From: Octopus sinensis
Lineage: Eukaryota
Assembly (NCBI RefSeq): GCF_006345805.1
Contig: NC_043005.1
Span: 11,036,001 to 11,100,000, forward strand
Length of the DNA stretch: 64,000 nt
Reading direction: 5' to 3'
Part shown: in pieces, positions 25,700 through 39,604 of the stretch
How positions within the stretch are numbered: the first letter of the stretch is position 1
Layout of the letters: every line of letters begins with the position of its first letter
Translations under genes and position numbers: made by a program
The notes under the pieces: model-generated
What the model saw: only the letters and a program-made list of their open reading frames with translations
What the model was told of the DNA's origin: nothing
Databases searched by the model: none

Positions 25700-26368
25700 C
25701 GGGTCAGTACCCTACGAAAACGATGACATTCAAAATAGAGGGCCGGGCGTCATTTCTCATGTCCAGCCAGCAAGTGAAATTAAAAAGACATAAATGGACA
25801 TGTGAGGAATATATTTCAATCCTAAACGCTTATTTTACAGCAGTGCTCTTGTCACAGAACGAAGACACAATATATTCATATAAAATCTGGAAGAAAAATA
25901 ACCTCGATAAAGATGTGGATACAACAATGAACCCTAATAAACTAGCAAATGTACGGAACAATATTCTTAAAACAAAATTTTAAAAAATCAGAAATAGAAA
26001 TAGAACGCTTACAAGGACCACACACCATGCCAAATAATATCGTTTCTAAGACTTGAAAAATAATATCAACAGAAAAATAGCATCAGCAACATACCTTAGG
26101 AATGAGAACAGAAATTCCACCAGAACACCTTATTTGTAGAGTACATCTAGAAAGTACATCAGACGAAAAGTTGTGATAACAACAAACAAGGTGAGGACAC
26201 CTATCCGTCCATTGTACATAATTCCTCATCTCAGAAATATAGAATAGTACTCAGAAAAGATCTATTAAAAACAATGAACACAGCACCTGAACAACTCTGA
26301 ACACCTATAACAACCCAGGCATTGCAAAAACTAACCAACTGGAAGGCCCCTAGGTATGACAAGATCGC
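25700..26368 (+). pseudogene. R4/Dong-like ORF N-terminal remnant, with a pLTR-like insert at about 26070-26240
   Basis: RHKWTCEEYISILNAYF...NKLANVRNNILK and QKLTNWKAPRYDKI (cf. NWKAPGPD). Confidence 0.55.
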
Positions 26369-27561
26369 TCATATACACAAATACAACAGATTTGTAAAAT
26401 CTGTTGTATTTGTGTATATGAATGTTTTCATATACAAGTAAAAACGCAGTTAATGCATAAATATTATACTACATGAACCAAATGCAGCCTTGATATAGAA
26501 GAGTGAATATGTTATAAAAAACAAAAACAAGATAACATGACACAGAATACAACGTTTATCACGCTTAACCACAAACTAACAGTTACAAAAACATCGAAAT
26601 GAGAAATTTTCTTTTCATCAACATAAGACTACAAAACTACCAGTCACACGAATCACTTCAGACAATCAATGCAATAAAATAAAATAAAAAATCGCTGCAA
26701 GCATGTAAGTTGTAAACTTTAAGACTAAAACTATTACATCAGACATACAAGAACGATGATTTCTCGTCGACTGATCGTGCATTTACAATGAGGATCAATT
26801 GATGCACATTATAACACAGTACATGAAAGAAAACTAGATAGAAAAACGTTTGTTTGATAACATTACCATCCTATACACAGCTACATAAAAATAAAATAGA
26901 TGCTTAACTATGGAAGATATATACATAGCAAAGTATAACCAAACCGAAACACAAATACAGAACACTAACTGGTAAGCAATTTTAAATTCAGCGATGATGA
27001 TTTTATCGCTTACATCATTATTCCCATGATCTTTTGTTGCCTGCTACAAAACGTGGAAATAAAACACCACTACTATCATTTCATTCGGAGGATAAAATCG
27101 AGGTCTTAAAAGGTTAATAGAAACTGCCGTTCTAAATTGGACGTCCAGGACTATAAAATATGCAAATATTCCAACATAATCGCAGAATGAAAAGAAAGAA
27201 AAGTATTTTATAAGATGTTTAAATACAACGCAATCGAGCCATTGAAATATATTTGACAAAAAAACGCTGTTCCCAACACACAGAAATACGTGCGAGTGAA
27301 CATGCACTTATTGGGGTTGGGTGTGTATGCATTCATACATGCATGCATGCACATGTATACTTGTGTGCGTGTGCGTGCGTGTTGTGTGCCTAAATATATA
27401 TGTGTATACATATGTGTGTGTGTGTGTGTGTACGCAAGTATCCATCTATCAACTCTCTCTCTCTCACTGTGTGTATACATATATATATATATGATAGATC
27501 GTTAGCCACCACACACATTTTTTTCTCTCCTTGTTTCTCTCCTTGTTTTTTTTTCTGTGTC

Positions 27562-27598
27562 CTTTTCTGTAGAGGAGCGTATGCTCGAAACGTAAAAG
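27562..27598 (+). ncRNA. Minimal hammerhead-like motif with variant core CUGUAGA (in pLTR-like fragment 27490-27695)
   Basis: CTTTT-CTGTAGA-G-GAGC(GTAT)GCTC-GAAA-CG-TA-AAAG. Confidence 0.55.
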
Positions 27599-27708
27599 AC
27601 TTTTTCTATTCCTGAGCGTTATACTAATACATACATCTGTTTGTTTTGTACACCACCTGTCTTCGTCTTTTGTTTTTTTTCGTAAACTCTCCATATATAC
27701 ATATATAC

Positions 27709-27793
<85 letters not shown>

Positions 27794-27915
27794 GTATGTA
27801 TTGATAAACTCATATACACAAAGCTGACATATGCATAATAGAAGCAAAATGCTGACACAATTGTATATGTACCGACACACACCAACGCACTTTTGCTCTC
27901 TTTCACACACACGCG

Positions 27916-27979
<64 letters not shown>

Positions 27980-29455
27980 GTACAGCGATGTGTGTGGTAA
28001 TTATCTTTGCGCCAGGTACAAATCTTGCAAGTGGCGCGATCGTTAGTTGAAAACAAAAAAATGAAGGCTCAACAATAAATATATTGATTTTTACTATGTA
28101 ACAGGAACAATAAAGAAAGAGAAAGATAAGGAAAAGAAAGAAAGAAAAAAAAAAGAAATATCGAAAGAGTGGGAAAAAAAAGGAAAGAGAAAAGGAGGAA
28201 AAGAAAGAAAGGAATAAATAAATAATAATGATTTGGTATGTCAGGGTTGTCGTGTGTGATTAAGAGAGATTAGTATGTATGTGTTTGCAACGTTTGACCG
28301 GGTGTGTGTACATGTGTGTGTAATGACTGACAACAATGCTCAGCTCTAGTAACTTCTCCACCCGATCCAGTCGAGGGAGGTGGTCTCTTTTGTGCTTGAT
28401 TTGACACAGAAAATCATTTAAGTAACTAACACACCTCACAATCAGTGCGGTCTTTATACGCCAGCGCCATCTGTTGAGCAATAACTATTCAATGATCTTT
28501 GAATAGTTGTTCGTGTTATTTGCTTTGAGTACTTGGGTGAGCACGCGCGTACAAGTGAATATACATATATACATACATACAACTATACATATAGATATAC
28601 ATGTATACATACATACAAATATATATGTGAACATATATAAGTTTGTGCAAGCCTCTACGGTTGCAATTTTTCCGTTTCTTCTCTGTTTTCTGTTTCTTTT
28701 CCTTTCTTTGTTTCGTAATAGTCTTCTTTATCTGGGAGATGAGAAGGCAAGGTGCTGTGGATGGGAGACATTTTCGTAAACAAACTACTTCTTTCTAATA
28801 CGAAATAATTGGTTCACAAAACCCTACAAACTCATTCCAAATCCAACCGCAAATCGATCCCACTTGTCTCCACCTCCAGTACCATATCCACCTGCTCTCA
28901 AAATTATTAACAAACAGAAAACAAAATTAAGTAAAAAAAAAAAAAAGATTCCAAAACTGAAACAAAAAGGAGAAAAAAGCAAAGAATAAAAAAAAAGGTA
29001 CTATTATGGATGAAACCCAACAAAAATGTATGGAATGAATTCCAATCAAAATCAACTAAAAAAATAGGTGAAAAATGTATTTATGGGTAGAAAAATAGAG
29101 AGAAAAAAGTTACGAATATGGAAGAGAAAATAATGGTTCGCCTTAACAGTTACAATATAATCTTTATGATTTTTTGAAAGACATATTAAAAGAATGATGT
29201 AAAATGAACACAATGAAAAGAGAATGAAAAAGTCTCTGATTTTGTTTCTTCACAAGAAATTCTGCGATATTTGGTGCTATTAACGAAAAATTTACATGGA
29301 CTAACTTTCTAAAAGGTAACAAAAAATTTTATATTACATTGTATTACCTTAATATTACATTATATTAACAACACCCACACACACACAGAAACGTATGCAT
29401 ACATATATATATATATATATATGTTACGCGCACACACACAGATACGTGTATGCAC

Positions 29456-29487
<32 letters not shown>

Positions 29488-29725
29488 TTGCGTATACACA
29501 TAGATACATACACATACACACACATATACGCACGAATATACGTATACATATATACACAACCATGCAATTAATTTATTAACCATTATTTCTATCATTATTA
29601 ATACTATTAATGTTATAATTAAGAATAACAATCTTAACGACATTAGAGGAAAACATTATTCTTACTAATTATTATTATTATTATAATTATCGTTGTTGTT
29701 GTTGTTGTTGTTGTTATTATTATTA

Positions 29726-30178
29726 AGAGAGCAGTGCACGCCATCAAAGTGACACTGGGTTAAAATATACAAATATACCCATCATGACAACCCATCTGAT
29801 AAGGGTATAATCAGGCACGTGCGTCACAATCATAGGTTCTCGACTTGGTGATCTCATTCAAAGTAAACAGCGCATGATCTTGCAGGTGGAGCCCAGTTAT
29901 AATTTTCTCCAGGTCGAGTAGCCCTTTCCGTTCAGAAGGTCTCGGAATAAGGCCTCTTTAAGAATGATGAGCGAAACAACCATGCTTCCAGGGGTGAATT
30001 ATTCAAACCCTAAATAATTCATCATCACCACTACTCCTGCTTGTGATCAGCGATGCACATATCCATCAACCACCAAGGGACATAATCAACTGGTTACGGT
30101 CAAGCAGGTGACAAGCAAATCTGTGGTACTGAGCCAGAATATGTGTTGTAGCTCATCAAAACAAAACATGTACATAAC
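29726..30178 (-). mobile_element. Element 'T', diverged copy
   Basis: Reverse complement of 24294-24840; (TTA/TTG)n adjacent to its tail. Confidence 0.7.
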
Positions 30179-30263
30179 ATTATTTACATTGTTTATACTA
30201 TTTACATTCGACGGGTATTTGTCCTCATCTTGCTTGTTGTTAACACAGCACAATATATGACCA

Positions 30264-30342
30264 CGGGCATATGGCGTAGTGGTTAAGAGCATGGGCTTCT
30301 AACCCCAAGATTCCTATTTCGATTCCAAGGAGTGACCTGAAC

Positions 30343-30345
<3 letters not shown>
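30264..30345 (+). mobile_element. Short tRNA-like SINE head with (AAT)n tail
   Basis: GGCGTAGTGGTTAAG A-box and TTCGATTCC B-box, followed by (AAT)n. Confidence 0.55.
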
Positions 30346-30399
<54 letters not shown>

Positions 30400-30403
<4 letters not shown>

Positions 30404-30570
30404 TAGGAATGAGAACCCAGGTTCGGGATTTCCCCAAGACACCTGAAGAAGGCTGGAGGGCATATCAGCCGAAATGCTGTGTTAACAACAAACAAGATGA
30501 GGACAAATATCAGTCGAATGTAAATAATGTAAATAATGTACAGAATTCCTCATCTCTTAAATATAGAACT
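30400..30570 (+). mobile_element. pLTR-like fragment with a degenerate HHR (30438-30483)
   Basis: GACAC-CTGAAGA-A-GGCTG...CAGCC-GAAA-TGCT-GTGTT; inverted partial copy at about 30180-30250. Confidence 0.5.
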
Positions 30571-30806
30571 GTATGTACATAAAACTCCCAATCAGTTCAG
30601 ATCAGAAGCCAGTGCTTGGTAGTGCATCAGGGCAATGATGATCTTTCACTACTTCTGCTCGTGATCAGAGATGCATATATCGTCAGCCACTTAGGGACAT
30701 GTTCATCTGGTTAAGGTCAAGCAACTGACTAGCAAATCTGTGGCATTGAGCATTTTATATCAGAAGCCATGATAACCAATGTCTGGTGCTACATCAGGGC
30801 ATTTAT
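30570..30806 (-). mobile_element. Two 5' fragments of element 'T'
   Basis: CATCAGGGCA ends at about 30630 and 30800, matching the 5' end at 8696-8705. Confidence 0.6.
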
Positions 30807-30820
30807 TATCATTATTATTA

Positions 30821-30871
<51 letters not shown>

Positions 30872-31255
30872 ATTATTATTATCATCATCATCATCATCAT
30901 CATCATTATTATTATTATTTCTATCACAGGTTTTGTTGGAGTCTTGCATGCGTGGCGGGTTTGCTATTTGCAGCCTACGGTACCATACTATTTATTGTTT
31001 TCACCTATCCAACACTTCCTTGATTATTCTGGCCGTGCCAAAGAGGAAAACGTTTTGTAATAGTTCAACTGGGCATTTCATTCCAATTACTTTTATATTC
31101 CTCTTCATGCCTTCTGATACCGTTCCTAAGGACCCAACAATAATTGGCATTATCTTCACCTTCTTCATTTTCCATAGCCGGGCTATTTCATACTTAAGAG
31201 TGTTGTCTTTATCTAAAGAGGGTTATCCGAGGCGTGGTTATTGCCAGTTGAAAAC

Positions 31256-31312
<57 letters not shown>

Positions 31313-31333
31313 CATTATTATTATTTTTATTAT

Positions 31334-31535
31334 GGCGGCGAGCTGGCAGAATCGTTAGCACGCCAAGCAAAATGCTTAGCCGTATTTCGCCCGTCTTTAC
31401 GTTCTGAGTTCAAATTCCACCGAGGTCAACTTTGCCATTCATCCTTTCGGGGTCAAGAAAATAACTACATCTGTACGCCCTGGTTTATGTAATCAACTTG
31501 CTCCTCCTTCGAAATTGCTGGCTCTGTGTCAAAAG
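31334..31535 (+). mobile_element. SINE family A
   Basis: Head, B-box and core. Confidence 0.85.
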
Positions 31536-31545
31536 TTGAAACCGA

Positions 31546-31948
31546 GGCGCAGGAGTGGCTGTGTAGTAGGTAGTTTGCGTACCAACCACATGGTTCCGGG
31601 TTCAGTCCCACTACGTGGCATCTTGGGCAAGTGTCTTCTACTATAGCCTCAGCCCGACCAAAGCCTTGTGAGTGGACTTGGTTGACGGAAACTGAAAGAA
31701 GCCCGTCGTGTGTATGTATATATATTTGTGTGTGTGTGTGTGTTTGTGTGTCTGTGCTTGTCCCACCAACATCACTTGACAACCGATGCTGGTGTGCTTA
31801 CGTCCCCGTAACTTAGCGGTTCGACAAAAGAGAACCGATAGAATAAGTACTAGGCTTACAAAGAATAAGTCCTGGGGTCGATTTGCTCGACTAAAGGCGG
31901 TGCTCCAGCATGGCCGCAGCCAAATGACTGAAACAAGTAAAAGAGTAA
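31546..31948 (+). mobile_element. SINE family B
   Basis: Full head, body and tail. Confidence 0.92.
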
Positions 31949-32322
31949 TACAAATATCGTGCTTTTCTGTTGTCGTTCGTTGTTGCAGTGTTGTAATTAT
32001 ATTCTTTCCTTCATCGTCATTGCCGCCATCATCGAATTTATTGCCATCATTATCACGATCGCGATTATCCTCTTCATCATCACCATCATCATTGCCGTCA
32101 ACCTCGCCTTCATGGTAGCAAGCCGACACTGTTTGTTGACGTTGTCGCGTGATACTCGTGGTCGTGGTCGTCACCACCAACACCACCATCGTCATCATCG
32201 TCATCATCATCATCATCATCGTCGTCATCATCATCATCATCGTCGTTGTCATCATCATCATCATCATCCTCATCATCATCGTCATCGTCATCGTCATCAT
32301 CATCATCATCTTCGTCACCGTC

Positions 32323-32354
<32 letters not shown>

Positions 32355-32636
32355 CAACACTGTCATCAACGCACCCCCCACCCACCCGCGTCTCTATTTA
32401 ATAATGCACCTTTTTACCATTTTCTAATTTCAGTTTTCACGTTTTGAAAATTTTATTTATACAGTTAGCGTTATCAATTTCCAATAATTTTTTTTTAATA
32501 AAATTTTATTTTATTTAGAATTGTGTTTATAATTCCTTTTGTATAAACAACGTGTATGTTTCTTAATAAAATCAAACTACATTTCACTTTGTATAAATAC
32601 ACACACTTGTCTATACATAATACATACATACATACA

Positions 32637-32671
<35 letters not shown>

Positions 32672-33437
32672 TCATTCATACATATGTGAGTTTGTGTGTA
32701 TGTATGTATGTTTCAAATAAATGTAAATGCATGCATATATATGCGCGCATGTGTATAAATAAATGAATAAATACATATATATATGTTTGTGTGTGTGTGT
32801 ATATATGCACACATACATGCGTATATGTATGAACGTATGTAGGTATGTGCGTACGTGTGTATGGAAGCATGCATTATGAAATTTACTTTGATATTATTTA
32901 AGATGCATGCGTATAGACCCACATACGTACAAACTCACACACACACAGACACGAGTGTGGGTTTTAGAATCCGTGTGTGCTTATGTGTGAATATGTATGT
33001 GAGAATGTGTGTGAGTATGCGTGTGAGTATCTGCGCGCGTGAGTGTATGTTTGTGTGTGTACGTAGGTCGGGGAGGGGATATATATTCAGCTTCAAATCG
33101 TTGATGCTTAAAGTATTGAAGGAAATTGAGCGGAGTGGTGGATGTTTTCATCAAACACACACAAATACTTTCAAGTTTCTATTTATGGCTAGCCTTTTCG
33201 CTGTTGGTTTTAATCTCACCGGAAATTGCACCGCTGTCATTCATGATTTTTTTTTCTTCTTTCTACAACTTATTTAATTGTTCATTTTATACACAAACTT
33301 GCACACAACGCACACGTCTATACGTACGCACATATTACGAATATACATACATATATATATATATATATATGTGTGTGGTGTATATATATATATATATATG
33401 TGTATATAATATATATTATATATATATATATATTATA

Positions 33438-33498
<61 letters not shown>

Positions 33499-33610
33499 GT
33501 GTGTGTGTGTGTGTGTTGTGTGTGTGTATGTATGTATGTATGTTCCTCTATATATGTGTGTGCCTGTGTGTCTGTTGTGTGGATATAAGGAAATAGCCAG
33601 TTACACACAA

Positions 33611-33643
<33 letters not shown>

Positions 33644-33689
33644 CACACGCACACACACACACACACAGAGACAGACTCACACACAGAGC

Positions 33690-34005
33690 TTAGCCGTCAC
33701 TCGCAAGCGAGTAAGACCTGGTAGCTGGTACCAAGGTTTGTTTCGCTAATTGTTTTAGGTACCTATGTAGTCGAGAGCGGACATAGTCATCCTCTCGACG
33801 ATTCCACTGTTGGTTGACCATCGTGTTTGTGACACCTAAAGGGTGAGAAAGCCGCACCAACACTAGCCAGGTATTCATTTACGGCTAAATAGACAGGAAT
33901 AACAGAAAATGAGTACCTTGTACATAAACACGACGCGCACCTTGGTCGCATTGAGTACCTTAAGACCGCTAACCACTAAGCCACCTACCCTCTTCGTATG
34001 TGTAT
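33690..34005 (-). mobile_element. Old degenerate tRNA-SINE (CORE-like)
   Basis: Minus strand A-box GGTGGCTTAGTGGTTAG and GCCGTAAATGAATACC segment. Confidence 0.45.
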
Positions 34006-34114
34006 TCATTTATGTATGTACGTATGTATGAATGAATATCTGTATTAGTGTGTGCGAGCATGTGTGTGTGTGCGTGTGTACGTGTAATTGAAATAGTAGT
34101 AGTAGTATATCATA

Positions 34115-34281
34115 GGTGTAGGAGTGGTTGTGTGGTAAGTAGCTTACTTACGAACCACATGGTTCCGGGTTCAGTCCCACTGCGTGGCACCTTGGGCAAG
34201 TGTCTTCTACTGTAGCATCGGGCCGACGTGTGAGTGGATTTGGTAGACGGAAACTGAAAGAAGCCCGTCGTATGTATGTAC

Positions 34282-34324
<43 letters not shown>

Positions 34325-34545
34325 AGTATATGTTTGTGTGTCTGTGTTTGTCCCCCCAACATCGCTTGACAACCGATGTTGGTGTGTTTACGTTCCCGTA
34401 ACTTAGTGGTTCGGTAAAAGACCGATAGAATAAGTACTAGGCTTCCAAAGAATAAGTCCTGGGGTCGATTTGCTCGACTAAAAACGGTGCTCCAACATGG
34501 CCGCAGTCAAATGACTGAAACAAGTAAAAGAGTAAATAGAGAGTA
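34115..34545 (+). mobile_element. SINE family B
   Basis: Full head, body and tail. Confidence 0.9.
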
Positions 34546-34929
34546 TATGACACAATCTCTAGGATACACCTCGTATCGTTGCGCGATGTTATGCCACATT
34601 TCATTTATTTTTTGACATGTGTACTGAACATAACAACCGTCTCAAGAGAAGCCTCATTGAAGACGGTTGGAAGCAGTTGTAATTCACACAAATATTACGT
34701 TACGCCACGAAATGATTCGTGGTGTGTGCTAAAGATTACATGACGTTATACTACAATAAACTCTACTATACTGACGTTCTAGTGAGCTCATCTCTCATAT
34801 ATGATAATGGTATGCACGCACACACACACATAGTGTATACCTTACAAAATATACACGCACATCGAATGATTATAAAATCAGTGTTCATCAAAATATCTTT
34901 CACTTTCAAAATTTAATTTTTGTTATGAA

Positions 34930-36560
34930 TGCTTATTTTCGAACTGATGACGGTTCTGGTCCAGACACTGCTCATAGCGTGGAACAACAGAATAGCAAAC
35001 ATCAGGAGACATTTCGTTAGGTATTTGTGTACCTTCTCGTTCAGTGGCTGTACTCAGTTTGTCGACTGCTGCCGATCTTGTATCATAAACTTTATCTTTT
35101 AAGTATCCACATAAAAAAAAAGTTTGGTTTGTGTGAACTCCGGTAAAACGCGGAGAGTATTCACCATAGCGTTTTTATCCAATTCACCTGTATTGAAAAA
35201 TCTCATCAATGTTGATTTCACAGTAGTGTGACCGTGTCCTGTCCTGCTGGGAATAAAACTCCACATCTTTAAAGTTATCTTGAATGCTTGGCATCACAGA
35301 TTGTCACTGCAAGTTCAAGTAAATGACACCACTCTCAATACAATGATTTAATGAATCCTTTTGATGATAAGCCGCGCCATACTATATGGATCCGTGGAAT
35401 AAGCTACTGGACGAGATAGTGAAGATGCCGACGACCGCTCGGTTCAAAGTCTCTCTTGACCAGAAATGGCCTGAACTCTGTATATGAACACCCTCCCTGT
35501 ACATAACTCCATGTCCCCCTACATGGCCTTGCTTTTGCTTTTTGAGTAAAAAAAATTAAATTAAATTAAAAAATACGCTCTAATAAGTTAACATGATGGC
35601 CTCCCGTAATATTTGAATTCTCAGGTCCTCTGTAAGTAGGTGCAATAATGGCGGTTAACAGAGTCTATTAAAACGCCACTTCATCCCTCCAAACAAACTT
35701 TGTTGGAAAGTGTGCATCTTCTACACATCATGTCAAATACCTGCCATCAAGCTTAACTCTTCGGTTCAGATCATCGTCAATGAGAACATGGACAATTCCT
35801 ACAGCGTAACGTTTTTCCTGACAGCAGTTCAAAAAGCGATGGACGTCTGGATTTGAAATTCCTATACCACGACTCGCTTGCCCTTTTACTCTTTTACTCT
35901 TTTACTTGTTTCAGTCATTTCACTGTGGCCATGCTGGAGCACCGTCTTTAGTCGAGCAAATCGACCCCAGGACTTATTCTTTGTAAGCCTAGTACTTATT
36001 CTATCGGTTCTCTTTTGCCGAACCGCTAAGTTACGGGGCCGTATACACTCCACCATCGGTTGTCAAGTGATGTTGGGTGGGGGGACAAACACATACACAC
36101 ACACATACATATATATACATCTATACGACGGGCTTCTTTTAGTTTCCGCCTACCAAATCCACTCACTAGGCTTTGGTCGGCTCGAGGCTATAATAGAAGA
36201 AACTTGCCCAAGGTGGTTCGTAAGCAAGCTACTTACCACACGGTCACTCCTACGCCTATGCACAAATATTCTTGCACTTACCACACAGCCACGCCTACGC
36301 CAACGCACAAATATTCTTGAACTTTGGCAAAGCACTTCTAGTGACCCCTAAATAAGTGAGGCTCGTCGATGTCGGCTGTCGTCCGGAATTTTTCTGAACT
36401 GTTTCATCTGCTTTGGCTGATAGTAAATCGTGTAGATGGATCTATTTGGAATTTCCTCCTAAACCGGCTTTACACTTCGACTGCAATCTCATATCTCCAA
36501 TGGGACTTTTGGATAGATTTCTTTTGTTCAAAGCTTTGTCCAGCTTCCTTCATTATTTCC
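34930..36560 (-). pseudogene. Tc1/IS630-like transposase remnant with DUF4817-type N-terminal HTH, SINE-interrupted
   Basis: FEQKKSIQKSHWRYEIAVEV*SRFRRKF; FVWRDEVAF; SVNRHYCTY; VWRGLSSKG; YSQQD; FFLCGYLKDKVY. Confidence 0.75.
35880..36310 (-). mobile_element. SINE family B
   Basis: Reverse complement of family B, with partial head duplication. Confidence 0.85.
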
Positions 36561-36839
36561 AACATTTAAAGCTATTTAAATCTAAATTGGAATGAAATTG
36601 AATACACGCTTTTGTTTTCTTTGTGAGAAACTGTGTGTGAGTGAGCGTGTGTAATTGTGTAAGTGTGTGTGTGTGTATTTGTGTGTGTATTCATATATTA
36701 ATTATTAGCGACGGAAGCGGTATTACTGCTAAAAGTCTTTATATCCCACCAAATATGTATGCCTCGTTACAACACCGAATATTGCGTTATTGGCCTTGAG
36801 AAATCGTCTCATACAAGTGCTACCCAAACACACACCACA

Positions 36840-36895
<56 letters not shown>

Positions 36896-37066
36896 GTACA
36901 TACACACACATATTACATACATATACACACACATGTGCATATATGCAGCAATATTTGTAACGAAGAAAACTCTCTGCCCCAGAGTCCCTTTACAACAACT
37001 GCCAATTAAATCATATATATATATATGTGTGTGTGTATATATATATATACATACATACACACACAG

Positions 37067-37167
37067 AGGGGCGGACTGAGGGTATTTGAATGTATTTTAG
37101 TAGAGTTAACATGTAGAGTGCGGGCCCCTCAGGCAGTGCCCATTTGACCGACGGATTATCCGCCCCT
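37067..37167. mobile_element. Possible small MITE (AGGGGCGGA TIR)
   Basis: AGGGGCGGAC ... ATCCGCCCCT; TSD not clear. Confidence 0.4.
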
Positions 37168-37405
37168 GTATATGTATATATATTTGGATATCCTTGTAGC
37201 TTATTTTGATTATAATCACCCAAACTTGAATTATATGGGTAATACCATACCAAATTCTGGTACCTTTAACTTAAGTACTATATTCAACTGAAACTAAAGT
37301 TTTACTGAACTTATATATACATATATATGTACATATATATATTGTCACAAGGCTAGCAGTTTTGGAAGGAGTCGGGGAGGCAGGCAGTTGATTACAGTGC
37401 CTGCA

Positions 37406-37800
37406 CTCATCATCATCATCATTGTTCGACCGTGGTCGAGACAATGGAACTTACCATGCTACGCCAGACTTCACGGTCCATCATGGCATTACGGAGGTCC
37501 TGTTGCTTGATGCCTGTATCCCTGGAGATTACATCAGGGTAGGAGAGTGTGCGCTCTCTGGTATTGCGAGTAGATGGCTTCCAGAGGAGAAGAGTAGAAA
37601 TTACTTCTTTTTCAGCTCTACAACAATGTCCAGCAAACTGGACTCTCTTACCTTTCTCAAGAGATGACACAGGCGGTAGTTTCCCATATATTTGCATTTT
37701 GGTTGGATGGCGCTTCCACGAGAGATTTTGAGCTCTCATAAGGAGGCGAGTGTAGGTTCCATCCAACCGCCTCTCAAGCTTCTTTGATAACGTCCAGGTT
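37406..37800 (-). mobile_element. RTE-like LINE 3' fragment with (TGA)n tail
   Basis: DGTYTRLLMRAQNLSWKRHPTK...VQFAGHCCRAEKE...LLLWKP...DREVWRS. Confidence 0.85.
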
Positions 37801-38349
37801 TCTGAGCCACATTGTATACTTTACTGATATTTTATTCTATCGGCCCCGAAAGGATGAAAAAAAAAGTTGACTCAATGAGATTTGAACTGAATATGAAAAG
37901 CAGTGACATCGAATATTGCAAAGTATCTAATCAGACGCTCTAACGGTTCTCGTGGTAGCTGTATAAACAAACAATGTGTTATGACATGTATATGCTTGTG
38001 TGTGTGTGTGTGTGTGCAGAAAAACTTCGTAGAAACAGTTAAGAATATGTTAATGAACGATGACTTCACTCTCATATCTGTCACCTCCCACTGTTACGCA
38101 TTCGCGTAAATATATATACACTGGTACACACAACCACATAATCACTCACATATACATACACTTATACCTGTTTACGTATGTATACACAAGCACACACGCA
38201 CGCACACATATGCGCGGGCACACACACACGCATATACCTATTATATATTGACTCTCACCTCACATATATCCACACGGTGTCATATTTACCAGGAAACGAT
38301 TCTTTGACATCGCTTGTAATAAATGATATCAAAGAGATATGACTTACAC

Positions 38350-38676
38350 CAAAGAGATGAAGCAGACGATGACAACGACGACGATGGCGATGACGATGAC
38401 AACGACAATGACGACGACGACAATGCCGGGGTCGTCGATGATGATGACACTGATGATGATGATGATGGAGATGGTGGTGGTGGTCGTCGTCGTCGTCATC
38501 GTCGTCATCGTCGTAATTGTGATATTGATGATGATGATGATGACGACGATGATAATGGTGATGGTGATGATGATGATGTTGACGATCATCATCATTATCA
38601 TGTTGACGATCATCATCATTATCATGTTGACGATCATGATCATGATATAATGATGATGATGATGATGACGCTGATA

Positions 38677-38721
<45 letters not shown>

Positions 38722-38748
38722 GTGGTGGTGATGATGATGGTGGTGATG

Positions 38749-38780
<32 letters not shown>

Positions 38781-38951
38781 GGTGATGATGATGATGATGA
38801 TGATGATGGTGATGGTGATGATGATGATGTTGACGATCATCATCATTATCATGTTGACGATCATCATCATTATCATGTTGACGATCATCATCATTATCAT
38901 GTTGACGATCATGATCATGATATAATGATGATGATGATGATGACGCTGATA

Positions 38952-38987
<36 letters not shown>

Positions 38988-39023
38988 TGATGATGATGGT
39001 GGTGGTGATGATGATGGTGGTGA

Positions 39024-39056
<33 letters not shown>

Positions 39057-39075
39057 CGGCGGTGGTGGTGATGAC
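38350..39075. repeat. Compound (GAT/GAC/GGT)n trinucleotide repeat with higher-order duplication
   Basis: 24-bp GTTGACGATCATCATCATTATCAT units; a block recurs with about 275-bp period. Confidence 0.9.
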
Positions 39076-39297
39076 GCTGTGTCAGACCTGATTGAACAGA
39101 CCTAAGATCAAAGGTGCTCAAGCCGTGACTATTTCATCTATAATTTTTTTTTCCCCGAGCATTGTCTGTCTAGGAATACATTTTGAAATGTGTTCCGCCG
39201 TTTTTTTCTTTTCTCTTTTTTTTTTTTTTAGTTCTAGATGGTAGCATATGATTCGATGATAGTGATATTGAGGATTATAAACATAATTTTCGCAATA

Positions 39298-39332
<35 letters not shown>

Positions 39333-39573
39333 AATGATGGTATCATGTTGGTGGTGGTGATGATGAGGATGATGAGTATGATGATGATGGTGGTGGTAGT
39401 GATGGTAGTGGTCGTGATGATGATGATGATGATGATGATGATGGTGATGATGATGGTAGTGGCGATAAGGATGACTTCGATGGTGGTTGTCATCATGTAG
39501 ATAGGGATATGAAGAAGGTGGTAGTGTTGAAAATGCTGCTACTGCTGCTGCTGCTGCTGCTGCCGCTGCTGCC

Positions 39574-39604
<31 letters not shown>

